Positions 37,254 to 47,397 of a stretch of 64,000 bases of DNA are shown here, in pieces; the stretch's first letter is position 1, and every line of letters begins with the position of its first letter. A program made the translations under genes and the position numbers. The stretch is from Candidatus Thorarchaeota archaeon (lineage in GTDB: Archaea; Asgardarchaeota; Thorarchaeia; Thorarchaeales; Thorarchaeaceae), in NCBI GenBank assembly GCA_029855935.1, contig JAGSHN010000025.1, positions 32,001 through 96,000 of the forward strand, written 5' to 3'. Below the pieces are notes generated by a model. That model did no database searches and was not told the origin of the DNA. It was given only the letters and a program-made list of their open reading frames with translations.

Positions 37254-38588
37254 CTACACGAGAGGAATGAGGTCAAACGCCAACAATAGCAGGTAGACCA
37301 CAACACCCGTTGCCATCACCAGTGAGTCCTTCACGACCCGCCTGGCCAGTGTGCCCTCGCGGTCGGCCACGTAGACGTAGATGATCTTGTTGAGCACAGA
37401 CGTGGTCGTGGTGATGATGACCGCGAAGACGGCCGTCTGAAGTGAGATGACGCCACTGACGTACAGCGGTACAACGGCAGCAACAACAGCACCCGCAGAG
37501 GCGAATCCTCCGAAGATTGCGGCGACCAGAGTGCCAACGTCCGCAAAGACCTGCTGCAGGAAGAGGGATACGAACGATACGGCCGTGAAGACAGCGGCGA
37601 AGCGTATTGCCGCACCAAACTCGAATGGCGAGACAAAACGCATATCTATCTCCTGCTCGTCGTGCTCACGCACATCGTGACGTTCAATGGCGAGCCGGAC
37701 GAGGCCCATAATGACAAGAATGCCAAGCGGAAATAGATAGTAACGCATTATCTCAAGGGAGGGATCGAGGAGGACGATTATCACGCCATTCCTGAGGACC
37801 ATAGCAAGATTTGCGAAGATTGCCGCCAGAGACATCCGACCGGGAAACTTGCGCTCTGTCTTAACGTGAAAGTCCGTGAGACTAGAGACGGTGGCCTCAC
37901 TGTTAGCGAATCCGCCGAAGAAGCCGAAGAAGTACGGACCACGATGCCGATACTTCTTGACAAGGATATAGTTGCCGAAGCTGATTGCCAACAGCAGCAC
38001 TATCAACCAATAGGTCTGGAAGATTGGGAAGCGAATCGTCCCGACCTGCAGATACTCGGGCATCAGAGGCCACAGAAACAGTATGAGCACACCAAGCTCG
38101 ACAGCGCTGATCATCTCATCCCGCGTTATCACTGCCACAGCTGCAGCCAATTCTTCCTTGAAACCAAGGATGAGAAAGACGAGGAACGATATCGTCATTG
38201 CCAAGACTGACAGGGGGCCGACCAGCTCCGGTGGCGTAGGGGGCGCATCAAGCCCCACGAGGGCCCCCAGCACGAAGGACATGGCGAACACTATTGATGT
38301 AGTCATCCCCTTGCGCATAGTCCTGAAAATCTTGTAGATTATCTGTGCTGTGACGAGGATCACCGAGATGACCACCGCATAGACGAGAATGACCGTGTTG
38401 CCCGTGACCGTGTAGGAGTACGCAGCAAGTGTTCCGAGAAGGCTGTGCAGACCAAACGAACGCACACCAATTGCATCTGCCTGTGTCATCCGCTTCTGGC
38501 GCTCAAGCCCAATGAGAGCACCCACTGCAAAACCCAACACGGAACGCACTATGAGGTCTGGAGGTAGTAGCTCCTGCACGGTCATCAC
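37254..38588 (-). CDS. MgtC/SapB family membrane protein (DUF4010)
   Basis: GALIGLERQ, GVRSF, GMTT, FGGFANSEAT, SPFEFGAAIRFA. Confidence 0.88.
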   Translation of the reverse strand: MMTVQELLPPDLIVRSVLGFAVGALIGLERQKRMTQADAIGVRSFGLHSLLGTLAAYSYTVTGNTVILVYAVVISVILVTAQIIYKIFRTMRKGMTTSIVFAMSFVLGALVGLDAPPTPPELVGPLSVLAMTISFLVFLILGFKEELAAAVAVITRDEMISAVELGVLILFLWPLMPEYLQVGTIRFPIFQTYWLIVLLLAISFGNYILVKKYRHRGPYFFGFFGGFANSEATVSSLTDFHVKTERKFPGRMSLAAIFANLAMVLRNGVIIVLLDPSLEIMRYYLFPLGILVIMGLVRLAIERHDVREHDEQEIDMRFVSPFEFGAAIRFAAVFTAVSFVSLFLQQVFADVGTLVAAIFGGFASAGAVVAAVVPLYVSGVISLQTAVFAVIITTTTSVLNKIIYVYVADREGTLARRVVKDSLVMATGVVVYLLLLAFDLIPLV

Positions 38589-38691
38589 CCCTTTGGAGTT
38601 CTAGGTGACGGAGGCCGTTTGCATTTAGAGCTTACGCTGACCGCCACGACGTCAACAGAAAAAGAGAGGATGAGGGTGGACCGAGGTGCAC

Positions 38692-39354
38692 TCAGTCCAG
38701 CCTTGTGTGCTTCAGTAGGGCAGAGAGAGGAATGTCAGCGTACTCGCCTGTGGGGAGCGTTCTCCTCACCGTCATCGGCAGAACCCCCGCCCTCAGCTCG
38801 ACCTCCGCGAGAGCGAACAGACCCTTGGGCGCCTTTGAGCGGTCAATCAGCGTGGGCGCACCCATTGCAATCTGGAGCGCTCTGGCACCGATGATGCGGG
38901 CCTTCTCGAATCTCGTCAGCCACTTTGGGCCGATTGGAATACCGAGCTCCTTCTTCTCCCGGTCAAGACCAGTCTCAAGGCGGACGACCTCTTCGGTCTG
39001 TCGTACCTCCTCTGCTGGTGGGAGCGATATTCTCACGGGTTCTGGTGCCGGAGGCTTCTTTCGCTTCGTCTTCCGCCCCTCGGACAGGTCGACGGCCCCC
39101 GCCTTCACCGCCTCGAGGAGTGACGATGCCTCGGCAATGACAGCCTCGGCCTTCGAAACACTCAGACCCGCAACCGCCTCTGCAAGTTCCTCAGGCTGAG
39201 CAGCTGCAAGGCGTTCAATCGAGTCGTAGCCGGCTGCCACCATCTTCTCCGCAGTCCGGGGGCCTACTCCTGGCACGTTCGTCAGGAGCGAGGCCTTCTC
39301 CTCCGGTGTCATCTCCTCTGTCGTTGTCTTCCTTTCGTCAGGGCCGTTCGACAT
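38692..39354 (-). CDS. rpo6: RNA polymerase subunit Rpo6 (RpoK) with N-terminal helix-hairpin-helix fusion
   Basis: [22 protein letters not shown]...[10 protein letters not shown]; N-terminal [17 protein letters not shown] HhH. Confidence 0.93.
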   Translation of the reverse strand: MSNGPDERKTTTEEMTPEEKASLLTNVPGVGPRTAEKMVAAGYDSIERLAAAQPEELAEAVAGLSVSKAEAVIAEASSLLEAVKAGAVDLSEGRKTKRKKPPAPEPVRISLPPAEEVRQTEEVVRLETGLDREKKELGIPIGPKWLTRFEKARIIGARALQIAMGAPTLIDRSKAPKGLFALAEVELRAGVLPMTVRRTLPTGEYADIPLSALLKHTRLD

Positions 39355-39391
39355 ATGTTCCACCTTTGACGGGAGTCTGTGTCATCAGCTC

Positions 39392-41023
39392 TCAGTCCTC
39401 GTCACCGAGGTCCCGGTCCGGAGGCGTCTCGCCGGGGACTGGCGCAGACTTCGAGCTAATAACATCATCGATTTTGAGTATCATCTGCGAGCACTCAGCC
39501 GCGGAGGCTATAACCTGCCTCTTGACCACTGCAGGCTCGACAACACGTGTCTTCTTCATGTCACGGACCTTGCCCTTGACGATGTCGATACCTGCTGTGA
39601 TCTCCCCATCTGCGTGCGATGAGCGCAGCTTGACGAGAATATCGATAGGGTCTATGCCCGCGTTCTCGGCCAGCGTGGCAGGCAGCGCCTCAAGCGCATC
39701 AGCAAACGCGTTGACAGCGTACTGCTCTCTACCCTCGAGTGTTGACGCGAAGTCGCGGAGCCTCAAGGCAATCTCCGTCTCCACCGCGCCACCGCCATAG
39801 AGAATGTACGGGTGCTCGACAACGTCCTTGACCACATACAGCGCATCACGAATGGCACGGTCAACCTCGTCGACGACGTGCTCGGTACCTCCCCGAATCA
39901 GAATCGTGGCCACTGCTGTCTTGGGCGTTCCCTCTATGAAGAGTAGCTTGTCATCACCAATCTTTCTCTGCTCGACAAGGTCAGCAGTACCGAGGTCATC
40001 CGCCGTGAGGTTCTGAATCTTCGACACGATTGTGGCGCCAGTTGCCTTGTGAATCCGCTGAATGTCGCTCTTCTTGACCCTGCGGACAGCAAGGATGCCG
40101 TGCTTTGCAAGGTAGTGCTGGGCCACGTCATCAATGCCCTTCTGGCATATCACGACATTGGCACCAGCCTCGACAATCTTGTCTACCATCTCCTTGAGCA
40201 TCCGCTGTTCCTCGTCGAGGAATGCCTGCATCGAGTTCGGGTCTGTGATGGAAATCTTGGCATCAAATTCGGTCTTGATTATCTCAAGAGCACACTCCAA
40301 GAGCGCAATCTTGGCCTTCTCGACTCGCTTCGGCATTCCCGCGTGAACGACCTCCTTGTCAAGAACGATGCCGTGGATGAGCTCGGTGTCCTGGATGTTC
40401 TCACCGTACTGCTTCTGACGGGGAATGTAGTCCAGGTTGATCTCCTCGTCGTCCGCACGAGCCTTGGCTACCGAGAGGACCGCATCAACAACCACGTCGG
40501 CAAGTTGCTCCTTCGCGGTCGCCACGAATTTTGATGACATCGCAGTCTTTGCAACATCCTTCAGGACCTTCTTGAACTGAGGAGTTGCAGGATCGACCTT
40601 CTCGGCAATCTCGTCGATTATCTGGGCGGCCTTCTCAGCAGCCTTCCTGTACCCGGTGATCACCGTCGTCGGGTGGATGTTCTGCTCCAGTAGCTCCTGA
40701 GCCTTCTTGAGCAGCTCACCGGTGAGGACCGCTGCTGTTGTCGTTCCATCACCGACCTCCGAGTCCACGGTCTTCGAGACATCAATCACCATCTTTGCAG
40801 CAGGGTGAGCGACGTCCATCTCCTTCAGAATTGTGGCACCATCATTGGTGACCGTCACATCGCCGAAAGAGTCCACGAGCATCTTGTCCATACCGCGAGG
40901 ACCCAGAGCAGACTTCACGGCCTCGGCAATCACTATGGCCGCCATAATGTTGGTCCGCTGGGCATCGCGGCCCTCCGTGCGCTCGGTGTCTTCCTTCAGC
41001 ACTATCACGGGAATCTGACTCAT
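39392..41023 (-). CDS. ths: Thermosome (group II chaperonin) subunit
   Basis: LGPRGMDKM, TNDGATIL, GDGTTT, GGGAVE, ILKIDD. Confidence 0.97.
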   Translation of the reverse strand: MSQIPVIVLKEDTERTEGRDAQRTNIMAAIVIAEAVKSALGPRGMDKMLVDSFGDVTVTNDGATILKEMDVAHPAAKMVIDVSKTVDSEVGDGTTTAAVLTGELLKKAQELLEQNIHPTTVITGYRKAAEKAAQIIDEIAEKVDPATPQFKKVLKDVAKTAMSSKFVATAKEQLADVVVDAVLSVAKARADDEEINLDYIPRQKQYGENIQDTELIHGIVLDKEVVHAGMPKRVEKAKIALLECALEIIKTEFDAKISITDPNSMQAFLDEEQRMLKEMVDKIVEAGANVVICQKGIDDVAQHYLAKHGILAVRRVKKSDIQRIHKATGATIVSKIQNLTADDLGTADLVEQRKIGDDKLLFIEGTPKTAVATILIRGGTEHVVDEVDRAIRDALYVVKDVVEHPYILYGGGAVETEIALRLRDFASTLEGREQYAVNAFADALEALPATLAENAGIDPIDILVKLRSSHADGEITAGIDIVKGKVRDMKKTRVVEPAVVKRQVIASAAECSQMILKIDDVISSKSAPVPGETPPDRDLGDED

Positions 41024-41184
41024 TGCTTCTTCCTCCAACATAGTCTGGTGACTCTCAGACTAGTCCAACAAAACTGTACATGGACTTCGCTCTGATATCC
41101 CCATTTAAAGATTGAGTTACCACTCTTGAGTTGGACCGTTGGCGCCGGGCCGTCCATAAAAACGTTGTCGAATAGCAGTACCGT

Positions 41185-42120
41185 CTATCCACCCTCCACG
41201 GCCAAGACAACGTTGTCACCGGGGCGAGCACCGATCGCGCCCGCGATGTTGGCACATTTGGCCCGTAGCACATAGAACGTCAGCACACCAATCTGGTCCT
41301 GAATGCGCGGAAACGTCTCGATGTTAGACTGGCCCTTAGACACAACAAGGTCTGCCGACCTCACTGTGACGAGGAACTCGCTGCTAACGAGGTCGGGGGG
41401 AACACCGTGAGACTGCACTCCTGTGTCAGAGATCTCGGCAAGCTGTTCGATCTCCGTCCCTGCCACATCCTCACGGGTGGCGTCATTAGCCATCGGGCCG
41501 CCCTTCACAACGTACGTGACCGACCAGCCGAGACTGTTGAGTAGGCGTAGTAATGGGATGTCGAAGATTGTCTCGCCTGCGTTATCAGCGAGAAAGACCA
41601 GACGGCGATCTTCTCTGGGTTCCCGTGTGAGCTCCTCCCACAGTCGGCGGGAATGATCAATGGCGAACCCATCCTCAAGGATTCGTTCAAAGTCCTGATA
41701 CAGTGTCTCGAGGTCGGGCCTATGTGCGGCGGTGTTGTAGTCAATCAGATTCCCAGCTATCGAAGCGCCCAGACACGCACGGAGCCGTTCGTAGCCAGTC
41801 AGCGATGAGATGAGTTCCTCGACCTGCGGCAGAAGCGACATCGCGACCTCGTTGCTCTTGCGTTTGATCTCGCGGAACGGATCGTCCACGTCGCCCATTG
41901 AATAGAGTTCCTGATACATGTCCACCGACAGAGGGTGTGGTGCGATACCCTCATCGAACCCCTTTGCAAGATACTCGAATGCACGTCTGAACATCCGGAA
42001 CTGGAGATCGGGGTCTGACGTCAGGAGCGGTATCAGCATCTTGAGGCTGTGCGTGATACAGGGTGCGCACTCAGGGACAAGAGGGACACGAATCGGATCT
42101 CTCGGCACGGTCGTCATCAC
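41185..42120 (-). CDS. ARMT1-like / DUF89 damage-control phosphatase
   Basis: ECAPC, IAGNLID, LADNAGE, NDAT, SKGQSN.ET, AKC. Confidence 0.9.
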   Translation of the reverse strand: MMTTVPRDPIRVPLVPECAPCITHSLKMLIPLLTSDPDLQFRMFRRAFEYLAKGFDEGIAPHPLSVDMYQELYSMGDVDDPFREIKRKSNEVAMSLLPQVEELISSLTGYERLRACLGASIAGNLIDYNTAAHRPDLETLYQDFERILEDGFAIDHSRRLWEELTREPREDRRLVFLADNAGETIFDIPLLRLLNSLGWSVTYVVKGGPMANDATREDVAGTEIEQLAEISDTGVQSHGVPPDLVSSEFLVTVRSADLVVSKGQSNIETFPRIQDQIGVLTFYVLRAKCANIAGAIGARPGDNVVLAVEGG

Positions 42121-42132
42121 GCTCCTATCAGG

Positions 42133-42603
42133 TCACGCCCGACGCACCATTAAGAACGCGTCCTCTCCGTCGCGGTAGTAGCCGCGGAGGACACGTTTGA
42201 CCTCGAAGCCCAGCTGCTCGTAGACCTGAATCGCAGTCTCATTGGACCTCCGGACCTCAAGAAATACTTCAGACACTCCGTACTCCTTCATCCCCTCGAT
42301 GCCGCGCCTTATCAGCTCTGACCCTATTCCTCTGTTGCGATACTCGGGAAGGACTGCGATTGAGACGACATGGCCCTTCTTGACAGGCAGTGGCCCGAAA
42401 CTCGAGATGCCTCGCTCTATCCGGCACATGATGTAGCCGACAACAGAGCCGTTCGCCTCGGCCACCAGAAAGGCTCGCGGGGCGTGCTGATAGAGAACGA
42501 GAAAGAATGAGTCCGGGTAGTTCTCTGGCAGACAGGTCTTGTTGATCTCGGTCACTGTTCTGAGGTCGTCCTGTGTGAACTGCCGAATGGTGTAGTCACT
42601 CAA
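42133..42603 (-). CDS. N-terminal acetyltransferase (Ard1/RimI-like)
   Basis: CLPENY, GHVVSIAV, LEVRRSN, YYRDGEDA. Confidence 0.93.
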   Translation of the reverse strand: MSDYTIRQFTQDDLRTVTEINKTCLPENYPDSFFLVLYQHAPRAFLVAEANGSVVGYIMCRIERGISSFGPLPVKKGHVVSIAVLPEYRNRGIGSELIRRGIEGMKEYGVSEVFLEVRRSNETAIQVYEQLGFEVKRVLRGYYRDGEDAFLMVRRA

Positions 42604-42719
42604 GGATGATCACGTTCTGCCTATTCGCTGAACGCTCCGAGAGCGACTCATCTTTTTAGAATTATCGTGGGCTGTCGCTCGGGTGTGAGGACCGGCCACG
42701 GAGGCCCGCCAGGTCACGT

Positions 42720-43484
42720 CTACCTGCGTCTCCGCCGGTCGAACAGACTGGACGCAGCATCTGCAAGCACCTTGTTCGCACGGCGTATCCAGCCGTCCGC
42801 AAGCTCATGCAGATACGCCAAGTCTGACTCGGAGTCATAGACGTCTCGCCAGGGACCATTCTGAATCATGTCCACTATCTCATCAGGAGTCAGCATAGCG
42901 AGCTCCATCAGACTCTCAATGCCCGCGCCGTAGCGAAAGAGATTTGCCTCCAGAACAATGTCTTCGGCGTCTTCCTCCTCGATTCCAAGATCCTCGGCAA
43001 GCTCCTCAGGAGGCGAATCAGCCAGTTCCTCCACGGAGAATATTCCAGCCCGGTCAAAGTCAAGGTCACCGTAGGAGTCAGGATCCGCGACAACAGTCGG
43101 CGGTATCGGGATCTCGGCGCCGCCGTGAGCCGAGGGCTGACTGAGAGGGTTGGGATCGGGGTCGAAGGCTGCGTAGTCCTTCACGAGCCTGGCATCGGCC
43201 AGACGCCTCATCTCAGCGAGGAACGCCGAGTGACTCGCTGGGGGCGGGTCGGCATTCAGAATACGCACGCGGCCTGTGCCTACCGTGTTTCTTGAGAGAA
43301 CCCACCAGAGATGAGCTTGTGACCTCACCTCGGGAAGGCCCAAGATGACAAGATGCACAGCCAATATGACAGCCAGCAACGACAAGAGCGGTCCATACGG
43401 CCAGAGCAGCACTGCCATCAGCAAGGCAAATACCGCGAGAGCAACCACCAGGGCGTCTCGGTTGACTATGTCCGGTCTGTGCAT
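42720..43484 (-). CDS. Membrane-anchored protein with HhH/DUF4332-like repeats
   Basis: Two N-terminal TMs; RAGIFSVEELADSPPEELA and GAGIESLMELA repeats. Confidence 0.65.
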   Translation of the reverse strand: MHRPDIVNRDALVVALAVFALLMAVLLWPYGPLLSLLAVILAVHLVILGLPEVRSQAHLWWVLSRNTVGTGRVRILNADPPPASHSAFLAEMRRLADARLVKDYAAFDPDPNPLSQPSAHGGAEIPIPPTVVADPDSYGDLDFDRAGIFSVEELADSPPEELAEDLGIEEEDAEDIVLEANLFRYGAGIESLMELAMLTPDEIVDMIQNGPWRDVYDSESDLAYLHELADGWIRRANKVLADAASSLFDRRRRR

Positions 43485-43639
43485 CTGATCTTTTCCCCGC
43501 CCTAGGTCCTGTATCGGTAGCCTAAAGAACCTTCACCTGACGGAAAGGTCCGTTGATGCATGCGTCCAGCTAGACATAGGACATCTGTCGCCTAGCCGGG
43601 AGACGCAGCAGACAAATCATTGCAGGCGGTGGACAACAG

Positions 43640-44212
43640 TTGTCGGTCATAGCCATCGGAGGCACTCCAGGCACCGGGAAGAGTCAAGTCGCAAGGATAC
43701 TGGGCTCACTGCTATCCCTCGAGGTCATATCTCTTGGTGAGCTTGCCCGGAGGGCGGGATGCATCAGCGACCACGATGGAGAGAGAGACTCTGACATAAT
43801 TGACGAAGACTGTCTTGTGGAGGCCATAGTTGACCTTCTTGATGAGAGAGAGGGAAAACAGATGATTGTCGAGGGTCACTATGTAGACCTGCTGCCGAGC
43901 AGGTCCGTTAGGCTCGCAGTCATCCTCCGTACCCATCCAGAGACCCTTCGGACAAGGCTCAGAGAGCGAGGGTATTCCGAGCCCAAGGTGAGAGAGAACG
44001 TGGAGGCCGAGGTCATAGGCGTCTGCCAGATGGACGCCATCGAGTCCTTCGGCGAGGACCGCGTGGTCGAGATTGACACGACCGACTTGACACCGGAGAA
44101 CACGGCGAACAACATCATCGAGTTTCTCAGGAATGGTCCGCCCAAAGACAGAATCGACTGGATGGAGATGCTGGAACGCGAGGGGCGCCTTGATGATTAC
44201 CTTGAGCCCTGA
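43640..44212 (+). CDS. Adenylate kinase, AK6/Fap7 type
   Basis: GTPGTGKS, VEGH, RLRERGYSEPKVRENVEAE, EIDTT. Confidence 0.92.
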   Translation: MSVIAIGGTPGTGKSQVARILGSLLSLEVISLGELARRAGCISDHDGERDSDIIDEDCLVEAIVDLLDEREGKQMIVEGHYVDLLPSRSVRLAVILRTHPETLRTRLRERGYSEPKVRENVEAEVIGVCQMDAIESFGEDRVVEIDTTDLTPENTANNIIEFLRNGPPKDRIDWMEMLEREGRLDDYLEP

Positions 44213-44221
44213 ACTCCGCGA

Positions 44222-44818
44222 CTACAGACGCTCTCTCATCGCTATTGCGAGAAGGCTGAGTGCAGCTACGAGGTACATCGTCAGTGGAGTACCAGTCGCA
44301 TACACTCCCACGTCAGGCGAAACACTGTTGGCAAACGAGACCAAATAGTAGACAGCAGAACCACCCATCGCGGTCATCAGCCCGGGGATGAGCGAGAGAT
44401 AGGTAGCGCGGGGATCTCTGTATGCCAAGACCGCCAGAACCACAAAGAGGCCCCCAGCCACCAAGGGGAGAACAAAGAAGGGGCTTCCAGTACTCACAAA
44501 GACCTCGTAGAAGGTGTCAAACCCCACACCGGGCGGGTGAACCATCACTACCGAGAACTCGCTCCAGACTGACAACATAGCAGCAACGAGAAGAATGAAT
44601 GCCGGCCAGCGGTAGGTCACGATTCCCACGCCACGCGCCTTCAGCCGTTTCCTGAGCTCCTCTCCCTTCCGTCTGCGCTCCTCCTCTCGTCGGAGCTCGA
44701 TCTCGCGCTCTCGCTCTGTGAGGCCGTCCCCCTTGCCTTGGTCTTCACTGCTCACCGCTCGCACTATCTCCTCGGCCATCTCCTCAGCAGTGTCTTCTTC
44801 TCTATCGGTGCTTGTCAT
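44222..44818 (-). CDS. Hypothetical membrane protein
   Basis: Charged N-terminal helix and 4 TMs. Confidence 0.7.
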   Translation of the reverse strand: MTSTDREEDTAEEMAEEIVRAVSSEDQGKGDGLTEREREIELRREEERRRKGEELRKRLKARGVGIVTYRWPAFILLVAAMLSVWSEFSVVMVHPPGVGFDTFYEVFVSTGSPFFVLPLVAGGLFVVLAVLAYRDPRATYLSLIPGLMTAMGGSAVYYLVSFANSVSPDVGVYATGTPLTMYLVAALSLLAIAMRERL

Positions 44819-44889
44819 CCGTGCTCGATCAACCGCTCGAACAGAGGCATATAAGCCTCAGGTTCGAAGAGCTGATGCCATCGAACGCG

Positions 44890-47280
44890 TCACTCACTCA
44901 GGCATCTCCGTATTCTCTGACTCTGCACGACCTCCCTCACAGCATCACGCACATCGGAACGCGTGGCGACCGACTCAATCGTGTCAGCCGTGTCGGACCC
45001 GTCCTTAGCATATGAGGACAGTAGCTGGTGCAGTCTATCATCATCCGAGAGATAGAGCTCATAGACCAAGGCATCAGCAAGATCATCTAGCGCTCCGAAT
45101 GTTTTCGATGACACAACAGCTTGATCCGCCACTCGGGCCAGTCTGTGCAAGGCACGACCGATCAGGCTGTAGACCTTAGGGTTGGGTGGTGTGGCGACCG
45201 GCAGATCCTCCATCATTCCCGTGTTCAGACAGGTGGTGAGCTGGGAGCGATTGGTCAGGAACTGCACGCACACGTTCCTTATCAATCGAGAGTTGAGAAT
45301 GACCGCAAGGCCATAGGCATCGAGCGGCAGTCCGCTATGTCTGACTCTCACAAGGCCTCCGCCGTGAATCATCCCCTGCGGTTTCACGACACATCGAGGA
45401 TAGGGCAGATTCTTGGTCGCAACTAGGAACTCGTTCTCAAACGACACCCTCAGCAGGCGGTCATCGTGGAACGACCAGTCAGTGTAGTTGAGGTGACTGT
45501 TGTTGAACACATAGCGCCCACTGCTCCTGCCGGTGGAAGCATATGGCACGGGAAACTCGTCCGATTGTCTCACCGATACATGACGGCGGGGGATGTCGCG
45601 GCCACGGCTTGCACTGAGCACTCCGGTTCTTCCAGCGGAGAGAATGCGCTCAAAGACATCGTCGGCATATATCACCATCACGTTGCCTCTGAAGAGCAAG
45701 TCACGACTAACGGTGGCGACACGCCGAACTCCAGGACGCCGCGACAATACTCGAACTGAGGACGGCCTCTCGGAAGGAACGGCGCTGGCGTAGAGCGTCA
45801 CCACCTCAAGGGTCACCCCATCAAAGAGAGCACCCTCGTCGGTTATTTGCCACAGGGTGAGATGGTCTCTCACAAAATGGCGCGTCTTAGCGAACTGTCG
45901 GGTTCTCAGAAGACTGTTGGGCAGTAGCAGGCCCAGTTGTCCTGAGCTGTTGAGCAGCATCTTCGACCGAAGAATGAACAGCGATGCACTGTTCCACGTC
46001 CCGGTCCGCCCGCCACTGACTGACCATGGATACTCTGTGCTGATGTACTCACGTTCGCAGCGGCTCGTGACATTCCCATATGGAGGATTCGAGATCACAA
46101 CGTCAAAGCCCGGGTCAGAACGATTCATCACGTGAGGAAAGGTACGCGGCCAGTCGAGAGGCCTGCTCATCGCATCCGCCGATGCCTGCTCCTCGTGGGA
46201 ATGAACGTGCCGTCCGACAAGCGAGTTACCGACAGCGAGGTTCACAGGTAGGTGACGAGGAAGAGGGCCTTGAGTGTGGCTCAGCGCCCAGAGACGCAAC
46301 CGTACTGTTGAGCATCTCACTGCTGACTCATGTATGTCGACTCCATAGAGGTTCCGGCGGAGTATGGTCACTGGAAGCGATCCATCCATCTCCTCTGTGG
46401 ACCTCGATAGAAGGGAGAGGAGCCAGCTAGCAGCCGCCTCCAGAAAGACTCCTCCACCCAAGGCTGGGTCGAGCACGGTCACCGAGGCCAGGAGCTCCGT
46501 CTGAGCTGTGCGGGGGACCGGCCGAGGGGGCCACAAGGAGGGGGGCTCCTCACCGGTAAGTGTGTGATCAGGGGCCGTAGCGCCAATAGCGATGTTGGCC
46601 CAACGTGAGAGCACCGTTGCCGATATCTCGCGAGCGATGGCCTCAGGAGTGTAGAAGGTCCCTGTCGAACGGTTATGCGATCTCCACCTTCTCGCGACAA
46701 CGCGGAGCGCATTGGACACATCGCTCCCGACCACGGACGCCGCGGACAGAACAGGCAGATACGTCTCGTGCAGGACCTGAAACGGCGAGAGCGACAGGGA
46801 CCACCGTGGCGCAGAACACAGCACATCTCGCACCGTGCGAACAAAGTCGGAGATCACGTGTCGAGAGAGATGGACTGGTCCGGTTGGCTGAGGAATACCC
46901 TCGTAGACGATGCCGATGAGCTCACACGGAGAGAGGCCGTATTGTGCGCTGTCAACAAGGTCTGAGCCTGTACCGTACAGCGCGTCGAGAATCTCATCGG
47001 CGGAGAATGGGCCCATCTCGATCTCCTGAAGTAAGTGATACTGGCCCTCCGAGCCCGTGTGGCCCGCCGATTCTAGAAGGCCTGCGCCTATTGAATACAG
47101 TAAGACGAAGAGCCTCTCAGCAATATCGTGGGCCACGACGATGCTGTCGCCAATTGGGAGCGAATCACCCAGTGCCGTGACAATGCGAAGTCGTGCACGG
47201 CTCAGGCTGTGCCCAACAGCGGATGATGGCCGTGCACGGGAATACAATGAACTCTCTGCACACGACCTCACCACGCGCAT
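44890..47280 (-). CDS. N6-adenine DNA methyltransferase (Eco57I/TaqI-like); start uncertain
   Basis: GTFYTP, VLDPALGGGVFL, LYGVDI, GNSL, FDVVISNPPY, ILNSRL in a TaqI_C-like region. Confidence 0.85.
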   Translation of the reverse strand: MRVVRSCAESSLYSRARPSSAVGHSLSRARLRIVTALGDSLPIGDSIVVAHDIAERLFVLLYSIGAGLLESAGHTGSEGQYHLLQEIEMGPFSADEILDALYGTGSDLVDSAQYGLSPCELIGIVYEGIPQPTGPVHLSRHVISDFVRTVRDVLCSAPRWSLSLSPFQVLHETYLPVLSAASVVGSDVSNALRVVARRWRSHNRSTGTFYTPEAIAREISATVLSRWANIAIGATAPDHTLTGEEPPSLWPPRPVPRTAQTELLASVTVLDPALGGGVFLEAAASWLLSLLSRSTEEMDGSLPVTILRRNLYGVDIHESAVRCSTVRLRLWALSHTQGPLPRHLPVNLAVGNSLVGRHVHSHEEQASADAMSRPLDWPRTFPHVMNRSDPGFDVVISNPPYGNVTSRCEREYISTEYPWSVSGGRTGTWNSASLFILRSKMLLNSSGQLGLLLPNSLLRTRQFAKTRHFVRDHLTLWQITDEGALFDGVTLEVVTLYASAVPSERPSSVRVLSRRPGVRRVATVSRDLLFRGNVMVIYADDVFERILSAGRTGVLSASRGRDIPRRHVSVRQSDEFPVPYASTGRSSGRYVFNNSHLNYTDWSFHDDRLLRVSFENEFLVATKNLPYPRCVVKPQGMIHGGGLVRVRHSGLPLDAYGLAVILNSRLIRNVCVQFLTNRSQLTTCLNTGMMEDLPVATPPNPKVYSLIGRALHRLARVADQAVVSSKTFGALDDLADALVYELYLSDDDRLHQLLSSYAKDGSDTADTIESVATRSDVRDAVREVVQSQRIRRCLSE

Positions 47281-47397
47281 GCGATTCCTCTCTCTTCGGT
47301 CAGGTGGGAATCAGATTGTGTCACTCCGAGATAAAACGGATTCGGCACTCTGACGATGAGAGAGAGAAAAAGGGGTAGAGGGGAGGTGGCGCTGCGC

